Below, piece by piece: positions 9,774 through 20,950 of a DNA stretch of 64,000 nt. Under the pieces are notes generated by a model, which saw nothing but the letters and a program-made list of their open reading frames with translations, did not search any database and had not been told where the DNA came from. The stretch spans positions 480,001-544,000 of the forward strand of contig CAXXNO010000004.1 of NCBI GenBank assembly GCA_963663235.2, read 5' to 3'. Both the position numbers and the translations under genes were made by a program. This DNA comes from Dehalococcoidia bacterium (GTDB lineage Bacteria; Chloroflexota; Dehalococcoidia; Bin125). Each line of letters begins with the position of its first letter. The first letter of the stretch is position 1.

Positions 9774-10262
9774 ATGGAGGCTCTGCAACCGATGGCGACG
9801 GCGATCGCGGACCTGCTGCGCGAGCGTGACGAGACGGTCGCTGTCGTGGAGACCACGGCGGGCGGGCTGGTCTCGGCGGCGCTGCTCGCCGTGCCCGGCG
9901 CCTCGGCCTACTACCGCGGCGGCGCGGTGACCTACACAGGCATCGCGCGCGACGTCCTGCTGGCGATCGACCTCACGGCGCATTCGGGCGTGCGATCGAG
10001 CAGCGAACCGTACGCGCGGCTGATCGCGGCGGCGATCCGCGAACGCCTCGGCGCGACGTGGGGCATCGGCGAGACCGGGGCCGCCGGCCCCACTGGAAAC
10101 TCCTACGGCGACGCAGCGGGCCACACCTGCATCGCCCTGGCGGGGCCGATCGAACACAGCGAGACCCTGGAAACCGGCCTCAGTGACCGCGAGGAGAACA
10201 TGTGGCTCTTCGCGAAGAAGACGTTGGAAGTCTTCGAGCGCAGTCTGCGCGGCGCCGGCTAG
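9774..10262 (+). CDS. CinA C-terminal / PncC-like protein
   Basis: ET..GGL, VPGASAYY.GG.VTY, TGAAGP; RBS GAGGGAG. Confidence 0.85.
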   Translation: MEALQPMATAIADLLRERDETVAVVETTAGGLVSAALLAVPGASAYYRGGAVTYTGIARDVLLAIDLTAHSGVRSSSEPYARLIAAAIRERLGATWGIGETGAAGPTGNSYGDAAGHTCIALAGPIEHSETLETGLSDREENMWLFAKKTLEVFERSLRGAG

Positions 10263-10339
10263 GCGAACGGGATAAGGCCGTCGCGTCGAAAGACAACGCC
10301 CAAGCCCAAGCCGATGGGCATGGCATCCGGGCGCTAGGC

Positions 10340-10376
10340 AGGACCGCTCGTCGTCCTCGGCGATCACGATGTGCAT
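10340..10376 (-). pseudogene. Possible N-terminal stub of a response regulator gene
   Basis: ATG preceded by GGTGGTGAG gives MHIVIAEDDER, resembling receiver beta1 plus acidic pair; similarity is lost immediately after. Confidence 0.4.
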
Positions 10377-10410
10377 CTCACCACCATCAGCGGCGCGGCA
10401 GAAGCGAGAT

Positions 10411-10461
10411 CCGTCAGAGGCACTCAGCGAATTCTCATCGTGCCATCACGAGGTTCTCATA
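10411..10461. promoter_or_regulatory. Phased direct-repeat operator array (OmpR/PhoB-family type)
   Basis: TCA cores at 10414, 10424, 10435, 10446, 10457 (10-11 bp period); TTCTCAT exact at 10432 and 10454. Confidence 0.45.
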
Positions 10462-10644
10462 CGCCTCCGCCATCCTCATAGCAGGCCCCCCGAACCGCGG
10501 GCGCCGTAGTGAGGAGCACGAGCGGCTCCTGCGAGTGCGACGTTCATTGGCCGGATGGCACCCCCGTGCTCGGGAGGCCCCGTATCAATGACCGCGTGCA
10601 CGTTGCGGCGAATGGGCGACGCAAGCGGACGATAGGAGGATCAG

Positions 10645-10857
10645 ATGGCACGCATGAGCGGACTGGTATATCTGGCGGAAGTACCCGTACCCGAACCGGG
10701 TACGACGGTAGTCGCTCGCTTCGCGCCGCAGCCGATTCGGGCGGAACATCTGGCAGACCTTGCACCCGCGTTGCGCGAGAGCGGCGATGCGGATGGAGCG
10801 GATCAAGCGGACCGGCTCGCCGAGTGCTTGCGCTGGGCGGATCGGATCGCGAGTTAG
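10645..10857 (+). CDS. Small hypothetical protein (70 aa)
   Basis: Strong RBS AGGAGG directly before ATG; plausible helical C-terminus. Confidence 0.6.
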   Translation: MARMSGLVYLAEVPVPEPGTTVVARFAPQPIRAEHLADLAPALRESGDADGADQADRLAECLRWADRIAS

Positions 10858-11052
10858 GAAGATCGAAGTGTGTAATCGACCGGTCGCGGTTGGACGGACG
10901 ACGATGTGGCAGCTCGCTACAATCCGCCGTCCAATTCGAGTCGAGGCCCGGCGGCGCTACGGCGCCGGGCCTCGAAACTAATGCGCTAGGCTAATCGGCC
11001 AGACAGCCGATTCGACGGCCGCTCGGCCGCCGCGGGGAAGGAACGCAGCGCG

Positions 11053-12141
11053 ATGGAACTCGGTTTGGCCATGAACACCCACGGCGTCGGCGGCCGCGAC
11101 GACACCGACTGGTGGCACCAGCCGATGCCGCCCGAGGAGATGCGCCCGGTTGACGCGGCTCAGCTCGCCGATCGGCTCGGCTTCCACTCCGTCTTCTTCG
11201 GCGACCACGTGGCCTTCCCGGAGACCTCGCCGGAGTCGCTGACTCCCGTCTACCGCGAGGGCCGCTCCAACCTTGAGGTGCGCCAGCGCGGTGAACTGGA
11301 GGGCGACGTCGGCAGCGCCAAGCGCCACTATCCGCCCAAGCCCAACATCCTCGACGGCATAGTGGTCATGGGCGCTATCGCCACGCAGACCAGCCGCATC
11401 AAGATGGGCTCCGGCGTCCTCATCTCCCCCTATCGCCACCCCCTCAGCGACGCCCGCCAGTTCGCCACCATCGACTACCTCTCCAACGGCCGCCTCCTCA
11501 TGGGGGTGGGCGCCGGCTGGATGAAGGAAGAGTTCGACGTGCTCGGCCTCGATCACGGCAAGCGCCTGCAGATGCTGGAGGAGTGCATCCAGGTGTATGA
11601 CTGCTGCTGGACGCAAGACTTCGCCACCTTCCACGGCCAGTTCTACGACTTCGAGAACGTCGTCATGTTCCCCAAGCCCATCCAGACGCCCCGCCCGCCC
11701 TTCATCGTCGGCGCGACCACCAAACCCGGCGCCCGTCTCACCGCGCGTTACGGCGACGCCATCTATCCCATCCTCGTCCAAGCCAACACCCGCCCCCACG
11801 AGTACGACGTCCTCCAAGACGAGATCCGCCGCGAATGCGAGAAGATCGGCCGCGACCCCTCCGAGATCGCGATGATGGGCGGCGTCTCGACCCGCATCAG
11901 CGACGCCAAGGACGAAGAGGCCACCCGCAAGCCCCGCCGCAACTTCGGCGGCACCGCCGAGCAGATCCTCTCCGACGCGGAGCGCTTCGCCGCCGCCGGC
12001 TACTCCCTTCTCATCATGGCGCCGCACGCCATCTCCGCCACCTATCAGGAGTGGGAGGAGCAAGTCCAGCGCCTCGGCGAGGAGGTCCTGCCGCAGGCCA
12101 AGAAGATCAAAGCGGCGGGCGAGTGGCGCACGGACCTCTAG
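11053..12141 (+). CDS. LLM-class (luciferase-like), probably F420-dependent oxidoreductase
   Basis: ADRLGFHSVFFGDH, TSRIKMGSGVLI.PYRHP, ATIDYLSNGRL.MGVGAGW..EEF, PKPIQ.P.PP. Confidence 0.92.
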   Translation: MELGLAMNTHGVGGRDDTDWWHQPMPPEEMRPVDAAQLADRLGFHSVFFGDHVAFPETSPESLTPVYREGRSNLEVRQRGELEGDVGSAKRHYPPKPNILDGIVVMGAIATQTSRIKMGSGVLISPYRHPLSDARQFATIDYLSNGRLLMGVGAGWMKEEFDVLGLDHGKRLQMLEECIQVYDCCWTQDFATFHGQFYDFENVVMFPKPIQTPRPPFIVGATTKPGARLTARYGDAIYPILVQANTRPHEYDVLQDEIRRECEKIGRDPSEIAMMGGVSTRISDAKDEEATRKPRRNFGGTAEQILSDAERFAAAGYSLLIMAPHAISATYQEWEEQVQRLGEEVLPQAKKIKAAGEWRTDL

Positions 12142-12307
12142 CGATCACTCCCGCTGCAGAGACATGCGCCGCAGCGCTTCGTGAACCGCTCGCCCGGCGG
12201 AGCTGCGTATCGAGAAGGCGATCTGGTAGCGGGGCAGCCTCGTTTCGTGCCCAGTCCTCGCGGTAGAAGGCCTCACCATCGCGCTCGCGGGTGGGGCCGT
12301 GCCGGCC

Positions 12308-14176
12308 TCAGCCCCCGTTCCGATTCACAGGACCGAAGATGAAGGGTTCCAACGTATCCTGCGCCGCCGTCCGGAATTTGTGCCACTGGGAACCGCCGTA
12401 ATAGGCCAGGCTGCCAGGCTTCGCCTCCCCGTGTCCGTTGTAGTACGATAGGCAGTCGCGCAGCGGCGAGGTGGCGAGATCCGCTTGGCGGCAGTGTTCG
12501 GCGTAGCCCTCTTCGGAATCCGGGGTGATATCGACGACGTCGACGCCTTTGTCCTGCATGGTCGTCAGCAACCAGGCGATGTGGTTGGCGTGCGCGTCGA
12601 TGGAGTCGGTGAAGTTGAAGCTGCCACCGCCGCCCTGGGGCCCGGTGACGATGAAGAGATTCGGAAAGCCGGCGCTGTGGATGCCGAGGAAGGTCTTGGT
12701 GCCTTCGGACTCCCACTTTTCCGACAGTGTCTGGCCGCTGCGACCGGCGATCATGTTGAAGGTCCCGGTCGCCATCCACTGGAAGCCCGTCGCATAGATC
12801 AGCACATCCAGCGGGTACTCGACGCCCTTGTGCACCACGCCCTTCGGGTTGATCTGCGTGACGCCCGTCGGTGCGGTGTCCACCAGGTGGACGTGCGGGA
12901 GGTTGAAGGTGGGTAGGTATTCGTCGTGGAAGGCCGGCCGTTTGCAGGCATAGGGGTAGTAGGGCTTCAGGGCCTCTGCGGTCTTGGGATCCTCGACGAT
13001 GGCATCCACCCGCGCCCGGATCTGTTCCATGATGCGGAAGTTCGTATTGAGTTGCTTCTTGACAAGCTCCTCGGGCGCCAAGCGCGTCTTGTGCTGCTTG
13101 CGCTCTTTAAAATCGGCGACGCGACCGGCGAGGTAGTCGTCGTTCGCCTTGATCGCCGTGCGCCCCTCGGAGATTTTGGCGAAGCGCGCGCGGCGGGCCC
13201 GCGCCCAGCCGGGTTCGTGCGACCACGCGTCGATCTCCTCTTGGGTCGTCTCGCGTTGATCGCGCACGTCGATTGTGGATGGAGTGCGCTGGAAGACGTA
13301 GAGTTCGCCGACGATCTTGGCCAGTTCCGGAATGGCTTGAACCGCGGTGGCGCCGGTCCCGATGATGCCGACCCGCTTCCCCTCCAAGGCGACGTCGTAG
13401 TGCCAGCGCGAGGTGTGGAACGCCTCCCCCTCGAACGATTCCATGTTCTCGATCCGGGCCAGCTTCGGCGTGGTGAGGATGCCGTTGGCCAGAATCACGT
13501 AGCGGGCGCGCATCGCATCCCCGCGGTCGGTGTACACGGTCCAGCGTCCGGAATCCTCGTCCCAGTCGGTCTTCTCGACGGAGGTGTGGAAGAGACAGTG
13601 GTCGTAGAAGCCAAACTTCTCGGCCATCTTCTGGCAGTACTCGAAGATCTCGAACCCGGACGCGAACTTCATCGTCGGGTAGTAGTCCATCTCCTCAAGC
13701 AGGGGGAGGTAGCTGTAGGACTCGACGTCGCACGCGATCCCGGGATAGCGGTTCCAATACCAGGTGCCTCCGACGTCGCCGCCCTTCTCGCAGAAGCGCA
13801 CGTCCGCGAAGCCCGCGCCTCGAAGCTTGTGCCACAGCAGCATCCCAGCCAAACCGGCGCCGACCACGAGGATCTCGCACTCATCCGTCAGCGCTTTACG
13901 CGGCACCGGATCGGCGGAGTACACGTCCTGGAGGTACTTGCTGAACTCGCCCTCCATCGCCATGTAATCCGCGGCGCCCTGCCGCGCCTCTTTGTGCTTC
14001 CGATACCTCGCCTGCTCCTGGGCATTGAACACGGCCCCGGGCGGCTGAGGCGGAAGCGTCGTCAGCGCTTCGCCCTCGATGACCCCGTACCCCCTCCCGA
14101 TCACGTCCCCCATGGCGCTCGCTGCGCGCGTGTTGAAGACCTTCAATCCGGTCGCCGGATCAATGCTGATCGACAT
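12308..14176 (-). CDS. Baeyer-Villiger monooxygenase (cyclohexanone monooxygenase family)
   Basis: GAGLAG, GGTWYWNRYPG..CD, FEGEAFHTSRW BVMO fingerprint, GTGATAVQ, ATGF. Confidence 0.95.
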   Translation of the reverse strand: MSISIDPATGLKVFNTRAASAMGDVIGRGYGVIEGEALTTLPPQPPGAVFNAQEQARYRKHKEARQGAADYMAMEGEFSKYLQDVYSADPVPRKALTDECEILVVGAGLAGMLLWHKLRGAGFADVRFCEKGGDVGGTWYWNRYPGIACDVESYSYLPLLEEMDYYPTMKFASGFEIFEYCQKMAEKFGFYDHCLFHTSVEKTDWDEDSGRWTVYTDRGDAMRARYVILANGILTTPKLARIENMESFEGEAFHTSRWHYDVALEGKRVGIIGTGATAVQAIPELAKIVGELYVFQRTPSTIDVRDQRETTQEEIDAWSHEPGWARARRARFAKISEGRTAIKANDDYLAGRVADFKERKQHKTRLAPEELVKKQLNTNFRIMEQIRARVDAIVEDPKTAEALKPYYPYACKRPAFHDEYLPTFNLPHVHLVDTAPTGVTQINPKGVVHKGVEYPLDVLIYATGFQWMATGTFNMIAGRSGQTLSEKWESEGTKTFLGIHSAGFPNLFIVTGPQGGGGSFNFTDSIDAHANHIAWLLTTMQDKGVDVVDITPDSEEGYAEHCRQADLATSPLRDCLSYYNGHGEAKPGSLAYYGGSQWHKFRTAAQDTLEPFIFGPVNRNGG

Positions 14177-14227
14177 TATCTTGTTTCCTATCGTTCGGGC
14201 GTGGATCGCAACCTACCGATCATTTTA

Positions 14228-15464
<1,237 letters not shown>

Positions 15465-15473
15465 TGATCGTCC

Positions 15474-16343
15474 TCACTCTCGTCCCGCGGTCGGGACGGG
15501 CGTATCGGAGCGGACACCGGTGGCGTCGAGGTACAACGAGAGGTCGGGATAGCCGACGCCGGGGTAAGGCCACGGCAGCGGCGTGGCGACCCGGTTCATG
15601 AGCGTGACCTCGACGGCCCGAGGCGCCACCTCCGTCGCGCGGGTCGGCGGCGGCGATCCGTCGACGTAGGGGCTCAGGGCCAGGAGCACGACCAGATCCA
15701 TCTCGGCGAAGAGCGCGACGCGATCGCCCGTCAGGGCGTCCGACGGCAGCAGCTCCAGGTGCTGGCTGTACGGTTCGATGCGCATCTTTTGGAAGAAGCA
15801 GGCGTCGTCTTTATCCAGAATCAGGCGCGGATCGAGGCCGCGCGTCTCCACCAAGGCCACCATCTGCTCCCATGGGGTGAGGATGCCGGTCGGTCCACCG
15901 GCGCAGCGCCAGTGAATCGGCAGCCCCGTCCCGCTGCAGATCGGGTGGTGGCTCCCGTAGACCCAGTCGGCGCGGCGCGGCGGGGTGACGGTATCCGCCA
16001 GCATCGTCAGCATGGGCCGGTTCCGGGCCATTGTTCCCCAGAGGCGGCTGTAGCGGCTGAGGAACAGGCCCTCGGTCGCGAACGAAGTCTGCGCCCAAAA
16101 CCGCTCGTCCGGGTCCTCTGGGTTGAACATGAAGAGGTGAACGATCTGGGCGCCGTCGAGCAGCTGCAACTGCAGCACTTCACCGGACCGGACTTCACAG
16201 GCAAGGCCGCGCAGGTCGCTCAGGACCTGTGTGCTCCGCGGGATCCAGTCTGCCGCCTTGGCGATGAGGTCGGCATAGAACTGGGTATCGATGGGCTTGG
16301 GCGCGAGACGCGTGGTGTGAGACCACAGATCAGTTTGCGTCAC
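15474..16343 (-). CDS. DUF1989 protein, Cys-degenerate partner subunit, copy 1
   Basis: GAQIVH, NP.DPDERFW, SRLWG...RPMLT..DTV, FFQK, GDRVALFAEMDLVVLLALSP; RBS GGAGAGG. Confidence 0.8.
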   Translation of the reverse strand: MTQTDLWSHTTRLAPKPIDTQFYADLIAKAADWIPRSTQVLSDLRGLACEVRSGEVLQLQLLDGAQIVHLFMFNPEDPDERFWAQTSFATEGLFLSRYSRLWGTMARNRPMLTMLADTVTPPRRADWVYGSHHPICSGTGLPIHWRCAGGPTGILTPWEQMVALVETRGLDPRLILDKDDACFFQKMRIEPYSQHLELLPSDALTGDRVALFAEMDLVVLLALSPYVDGSPPPTRATEVAPRAVEVTLMNRVATPLPWPYPGVGYPDLSLYLDATGVRSDTPVPTAGRE

Positions 16344-16524
16344 TAGCCTCTCCGTTCGTGCGGCCAGCCTCGTGGCGCGACGCCGGTCGTGAGGATCTGC
16401 GCCTCCAGAGGATAGACGGTGGGGTGGCTCAATATTCCATCCTTCCGATGTCGGCTCGCGAATCGCTGTCTGATCGGATCCGATCTGCGAGGTCTAGGTA
16501 CGGATAGGGTTTGGGCCGGTACAG

Positions 16525-16559
16525 CGCCCTCACGCCTGCGCATGGGCGGCGTGAGGGCG
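16525..16559. other. 12-bp perfect stem-loop between the Rid gene and DUF1989 pair 1 (possible terminator/processing hairpin)
   Basis: cgccctcacgcc ... ggcgtgagggcg; no U-tract. Confidence 0.4.
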
Positions 16560-16823
16560 GGATGGGCCCAGGCGCGACGGTTGAAACTCTGGTAGCCCAG
16601 CGTCGTGGCCTGCCGGCGCCTGGTCGTGGCGGCTGCTCTACCGTGCGGGCAGTCCACGGGCGTCTCCTCCATCCACCGGCAAAGAGGCCTCGCTACGCCG
16701 ACGAGCCCTGAGATCTGACAGAACCGATTGCGGTTGCGTGTGTCCCTGGAACCCACAATCTGCGAGCCAGGCTCAGGCGGATGGAACGTCGACGCCCCGC
16801 ACCCCAGGCGGAGAGCAAGGCCG

Positions 16824-18032
16824 TTAGATCACCGCCTCGCACTTGATCTCGAGCATGGTCTGCGGCATGTCTACAGTACCCAGAGCCGTCGTGCCGACGG
16901 GCGTGAAGGTCGGCCGATGGTCGCCCAGGTAACGGTCGCGCACCTCAAGGAACAAGTCGAGATCCCGCAGATCGGTGTGGTACGACACGACCTCCACTAC
17001 GTGGCCCCAGTCCGCGCCGGCTGCCTCGAGCAGGCGTTGCTGGTTCTCGAACGCTTGCACGATGTGCGCCTCGCGACCCTCCACCGATCGCAGGTCCGCA
17101 TCGATCCCAACCTGGCCCGTCATGTGGAGCGTCTCGCCCACGCGCACGACGGGCGTGTAGTGGAAATTCTCCACATGATTCTCCATGCCCGGTGGCGTGA
17201 TGTACTCGCGCGCGCGGCGCAGCACAGCCGTGCACTGCATCTCTTCGTTCATGTGCGGCATGTCTGGCGGGCCGAGGGCGCGCACACCGACACCTGTCCA
17301 TGCGGGATAGCTTGGATTGGTGAAGTAGCGGTCGTTCACTGAGAGAAAATCGACCGGGACATTATCGCCGAAACGTGTTGGGAACCAGCCCTCGCGCGTG
17401 TCAAGGTGGAAGCTCTCCCGTTGCACGACATCGTCGAAGGTCGCGCCGGCGGTCTCGAGCAGGCGCTTGATGTTCTCGTACATTTGGATGTCCTGCGGGA
17501 TCCGACCTTCGAGCAGCTGCAGTTCATCAGTGATGCCGACCTGGCCGGTCATGTAGACCATATCTCCGACGCGAATCACCGGCGTGTAGTGGAAGCTCTC
17601 AACCTGCTGCTCCATCCCCGGCGGGACGAGATATTCCTTCGGTTCGTTCAACACAACGTGACAGCGGACCTCGATGATTTGGCCGGGGAGACGCAGAAAC
17701 GGCACCGCTACCGCCGTCCATGTGGGGTAATTCTCCACGATGAAGCGATCTTTGACCTGGAACACGAGTGGGATGTCCCGCATGTCCGTGTGGTAGGTAT
17801 TGAGCTGCACCACGTCGTCCCAGGTCGCACCGACCGCCGCCAGCATCCGCTCCTGGTTCTCAAAGGCGCGCGTGAGCTGCGCCTCTCGCCCTTCGACGAT
17901 GCGCATGTCGTCGTTCACCCCCAGCGCCCCCGACATGTAGACGACGTTCCCTGCGCGGACGATCGCGGCGGAATGGAAGCGTTCGTACAGCGCCTCCATC
18001 CCTCCCGGCGTCACGACTTGTACATCAGCCAT
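16824..18032 (-). CDS. Rid (YjgF/YER057c/UK114) family protein with three tandem domains
   Basis: Three ~130-aa repeats, each with FH[SY]...R.G..[VL][YH]M[ST]G..G, Q..EN..R.L..[AV]GA....VV, [YF]H.D, P[TA][WF]T.V, E..C; ATG 18032 with RBS GAGGGAG overlaps the upstream stop. Confidence 0.9.
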   Translation of the reverse strand: MADVQVVTPGGMEALYERFHSAAIVRAGNVVYMSGALGVNDDMRIVEGREAQLTRAFENQERMLAAVGATWDDVVQLNTYHTDMRDIPLVFQVKDRFIVENYPTWTAVAVPFLRLPGQIIEVRCHVVLNEPKEYLVPPGMEQQVESFHYTPVIRVGDMVYMTGQVGITDELQLLEGRIPQDIQMYENIKRLLETAGATFDDVVQRESFHLDTREGWFPTRFGDNVPVDFLSVNDRYFTNPSYPAWTGVGVRALGPPDMPHMNEEMQCTAVLRRAREYITPPGMENHVENFHYTPVVRVGETLHMTGQVGIDADLRSVEGREAHIVQAFENQQRLLEAAGADWGHVVEVVSYHTDLRDLDLFLEVRDRYLGDHRPTFTPVGTTALGTVDMPQTMLEIKCEAVI

Positions 18033-19140
18033 CGTGTTCTCCCTCTTCGTGGTGCGCGGTGCTGCCGACGAGCCGTTCAAAGTGTGCGAGGCCCATGGAT
18101 TCGCGGTCGCGGCGGCGCACCTCTCGATGGGTCTCTGCCTCCTCCAACCGCGCCCGCCAAGCGGCTCCCGGCGTCGCGGCCATCGGATGGCAAGCCGCCC
18201 ACCAGTCACTCTCGGCGCCGCCGACCTTCACCTGCGGCGGCCGTTCCTCTCTGCACACGCTCTCCACCAAGGGACAGCGCGACGCCAGAGGGCAGCCGGG
18301 CGGCAGGTCAATGGGGCTCGGGATCTCTCCCGGCAGCGGCAGCCGGCGCGCCTCGCTCGTTGGGTCTGGTCGCGAGACGGACAACAGCAGCGCCCGGCTG
18401 TAGGGATGCTGCGGCGATTCGTAGAGCTCCTGCGTTGGGCCAAGCTCCAAGATCTCACCGAGGTACATGATCGCGACGCGATGGCTAATCTTCCGCACCG
18501 TACTGAGGTCGTGTGAAATGAACATGTAGGAAATGGCGAGGTCGCGCTGCAGCTCGATAAGGAGATCGAGGATCCGGCGCCTCACTGAGAGGTCCAGCGC
18601 CGAGGTCGGCTCGTCCAGCACGATCAGTTTCGGCCGCGTCGCGATCGCTCGCGCGATTGCGGCCCGCTGCCGTGCGCCGGCCGGCAAATCGCGTGGACGG
18701 GTCCCCAGCAGCGCCACGTCGAGGCCGACGCGCTCCGCGAGCTGCTGTACCTCCGCGTGCCGCTCCTTCCGCGAGAGCGATGTATGGAACTTCAGGGGAT
18801 CTTCGATGATCCCGCGGATCGTCATCGTCGGATCGAACGCTTCGCCTGGGTTCTGATAGACAATCTGCATCTTCGCGCGTTGCTGCCGCATCTCCGAGTG
18901 CGACAGGGCGGCCAAGTCTTTTCCAAGAAAATGAACGGCGCCCGCGGTTGGCTCAAGCAGTCGGAGGGCGCAACGTCCCAGTGTCGTCTTTCCCGAGCCG
19001 CTCTCGCCCACGATGCCCAGCGTCTCGCCCTCGCCGAGCTCGAACGAGACGCCGTTCACCGCCGTCAGCACTTTGCTCGTTCTGGGCAGATCGAACTGCT
19101 TCACGAGGTCGACGACGCGCAGCAGGTCAAGCATCGTCAA
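18025..19140 (-). CDS. Oligopeptide/dipeptide-type ABC ATP-binding subunit (DppF/OppF-like)
   Basis: GESGSGKT, LDEPTSALD, ISHDL, HPYS, PGCPLASRCP C-terminal motif. Confidence 0.93.
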   Translation of the reverse strand: MTMLDLLRVVDLVKQFDLPRTSKVLTAVNGVSFELGEGETLGIVGESGSGKTTLGRCALRLLEPTAGAVHFLGKDLAALSHSEMRQQRAKMQIVYQNPGEAFDPTMTIRGIIEDPLKFHTSLSRKERHAEVQQLAERVGLDVALLGTRPRDLPAGARQRAAIARAIATRPKLIVLDEPTSALDLSVRRRILDLLIELQRDLAISYMFISHDLSTVRKISHRVAIMYLGEILELGPTQELYESPQHPYSRALLLSVSRPDPTSEARRLPLPGEIPSPIDLPPGCPLASRCPLVESVCREERPPQVKVGGAESDWWAACHPMAATPGAAWRARLEEAETHREVRRRDRESMGLAHFERLVGSTAHHEEGEHDG

Positions 19141-20050
19141 AGCGTTTCACGTAGTGCCCTTCGGCGACCAGGACGTAGCCGCTGGCGGCGCTCTCCGCCG
19201 TGGACGCCTCTGCCATCTCTCGCGCGATCGAGGCCGGAGCGGCCGGCGCGGCGTCGTGCTCCAGCGCGATGAGTGCGTCGCTCACCATCGCTTTACTGTA
19301 CGGGTGCGTGGGCTGAGCGAAGAACGACTCCACCGGCGCGAACTCGAGCAGCTCGCCCCCGCCCAGCACGGCAACGGTGTCACAGTTCTCGGCGACAATG
19401 CCCAGATCACGCGTCAGGAGGATGCTGGCCGACCCACGCTCATCGATCAATGTCTTCATCCCGTCCACGACCTGCGCGGCGACGGTCACGTCCAGGTCAC
19501 TCGTCGGCTCGTCTGCAATCAGCAGGTGCGGTTCGCACACCATCGCCTGCGCGACGAGGATGCGCTGCGCCATGCCCCCGCTGAGTTCGTGCGGGTAGGC
19601 GTGCGCCCGTCGCTCCGGGTCCGGGATGCCCACGGAATTCAACATGCCGATGATCAGCTGATCCTCGGCATCCTTGTCCAGCGTCAAATGTGAGCGGATC
19701 ACATAACGGATCTGCGTGCCGACGGTCTCCATGGGATTGAGCGCGGCCCGGCCGCCGGTCAGGATCATCGAGAGCTGCGAACCGCGCAGTCGACGCAACT
19801 CCGCCTCGGACTTTCGCAGGAGGTCCTCGCCCAGGAACAGCACAGATCCGCCGGTCACCCTGACAAGATCCGGTAGCACGCCCATCACAGCGAGTGCCAG
19901 GATCGACTTGCCGGACCCGCTCTCGCCCACCACGGCCAGCATTTCGCCCGCGCAGACGGCCAGTGAGATGTCATGCAGGAGAACCGTTCCCGGCCGCGGG
20001 CCGGCGACGGTCAAATGGCTCAGCTCAAGGACCGGCCGTGTCGCCTCCAT
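19127..20050 (-). CDS. Oligopeptide/dipeptide-type ABC ATP-binding subunit (DppD/OppD-like)
   Basis: GESGSGKS, YPHELSGGMAQR, IADEPT, HPYS; H-loop reads LTRDL. Confidence 0.92.
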   Translation of the reverse strand: MEATRPVLELSHLTVAGPRPGTVLLHDISLAVCAGEMLAVVGESGSGKSILALAVMGVLPDLVRVTGGSVLFLGEDLLRKSEAELRRLRGSQLSMILTGGRAALNPMETVGTQIRYVIRSHLTLDKDAEDQLIIGMLNSVGIPDPERRAHAYPHELSGGMAQRILVAQAMVCEPHLLIADEPTSDLDVTVAAQVVDGMKTLIDERGSASILLTRDLGIVAENCDTVAVLGGGELLEFAPVESFFAQPTHPYSKAMVSDALIALEHDAAPAAPASIAREMAEASTAESAASGYVLVAEGHYVKRFDDA

Positions 20051-20053
20051 GCC

Positions 20054-20938
20054 TTAACGCTCGATCCGCTTGCGTAACGACTCACCGATGACGGCCAGCG
20101 CGAACACGGTGAGCGCAATGGCCAGTCCCGGGAACAGCGCCGGCCACCACCGCCCGACATAGATCTGCTCTTGGCCGGTCGAGATCATCGCACCCCACTC
20201 GGGCGTCGGCGGGCGGACGCCGGCGCCCAGGAAGCTCAGGCCCGCTGTCAGGAGGATGGCGAATCCCATCGTGGGTGATGCCTGCACCACCGCTGCGCCA
20301 ACCGAGTTGCGGAAGACATTCACGAAGAGTACGCGCCAGAGCGGGCTTCCGGCCGCGATCTGTGCTTCCACGAACAGGCGCTCCCGCACGTGCAACACCT
20401 CGGCCCGCATGAAACGGAAAAAGATCGGCGTGAAGAGGAACGCCAGCACGGCGATCACGTTCCAGGTCCCTTGCCCGGCTATCCCCACAAGAGCGAGGGC
20501 CACGATGAAAGCCGGGAATGATTGCAAGATATCCATGAGTCGATTGAGGATCTCTGTGAGGAAGCCGAGAATACCGCCGCGCCCTTGAAAGTAACTTCCA
20601 AAGAGCCCGATCACGGAGCCCGCGCCCAGCGCGATCAGCACGCTCATGATCCCGATGAGCAGGTCGATGCGAGGCGCATGGATCACCCGGCTGAAGATAT
20701 CGGTGCCGTTGACGTCCGTACCGAACGGATGCGACAAGCTTGGAGACTCCAGGCGGTCGGCCGGGCGCGGCAGCTCGGGATCCGCGAGGGGCAGCACGGG
20801 GGCGAAGATCGCGAAGAACGCCATCGCGGCGAGAATCAGCACGGCCGTGATGAATAGCCAGTCGCCCTCGAACCAGTTCCACGCGCGCCTCACGGCTCCC
20901 CGTGCCTGCTGATCGATCCCAGCGACCGCGACAGTCAT
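20054..20938 (-). CDS. ABC transporter permease (DppC/OppC-like)
   Basis: HPFGTD..G.DIFSRV, GLSFLGAG.RPPTPEWG.M, WW..FPG. Confidence 0.93.
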   Translation of the reverse strand: MTVAVAGIDQQARGAVRRAWNWFEGDWLFITAVLILAAMAFFAIFAPVLPLADPELPRPADRLESPSLSHPFGTDVNGTDIFSRVIHAPRIDLLIGIMSVLIALGAGSVIGLFGSYFQGRGGILGFLTEILNRLMDILQSFPAFIVALALVGIAGQGTWNVIAVLAFLFTPIFFRFMRAEVLHVRERLFVEAQIAAGSPLWRVLFVNVFRNSVGAAVVQASPTMGFAILLTAGLSFLGAGVRPPTPEWGAMISTGQEQIYVGRWWPALFPGLAIALTVFALAVIGESLRKRIER

Positions 20939-20950
20939 GGCTCCGTCCCT

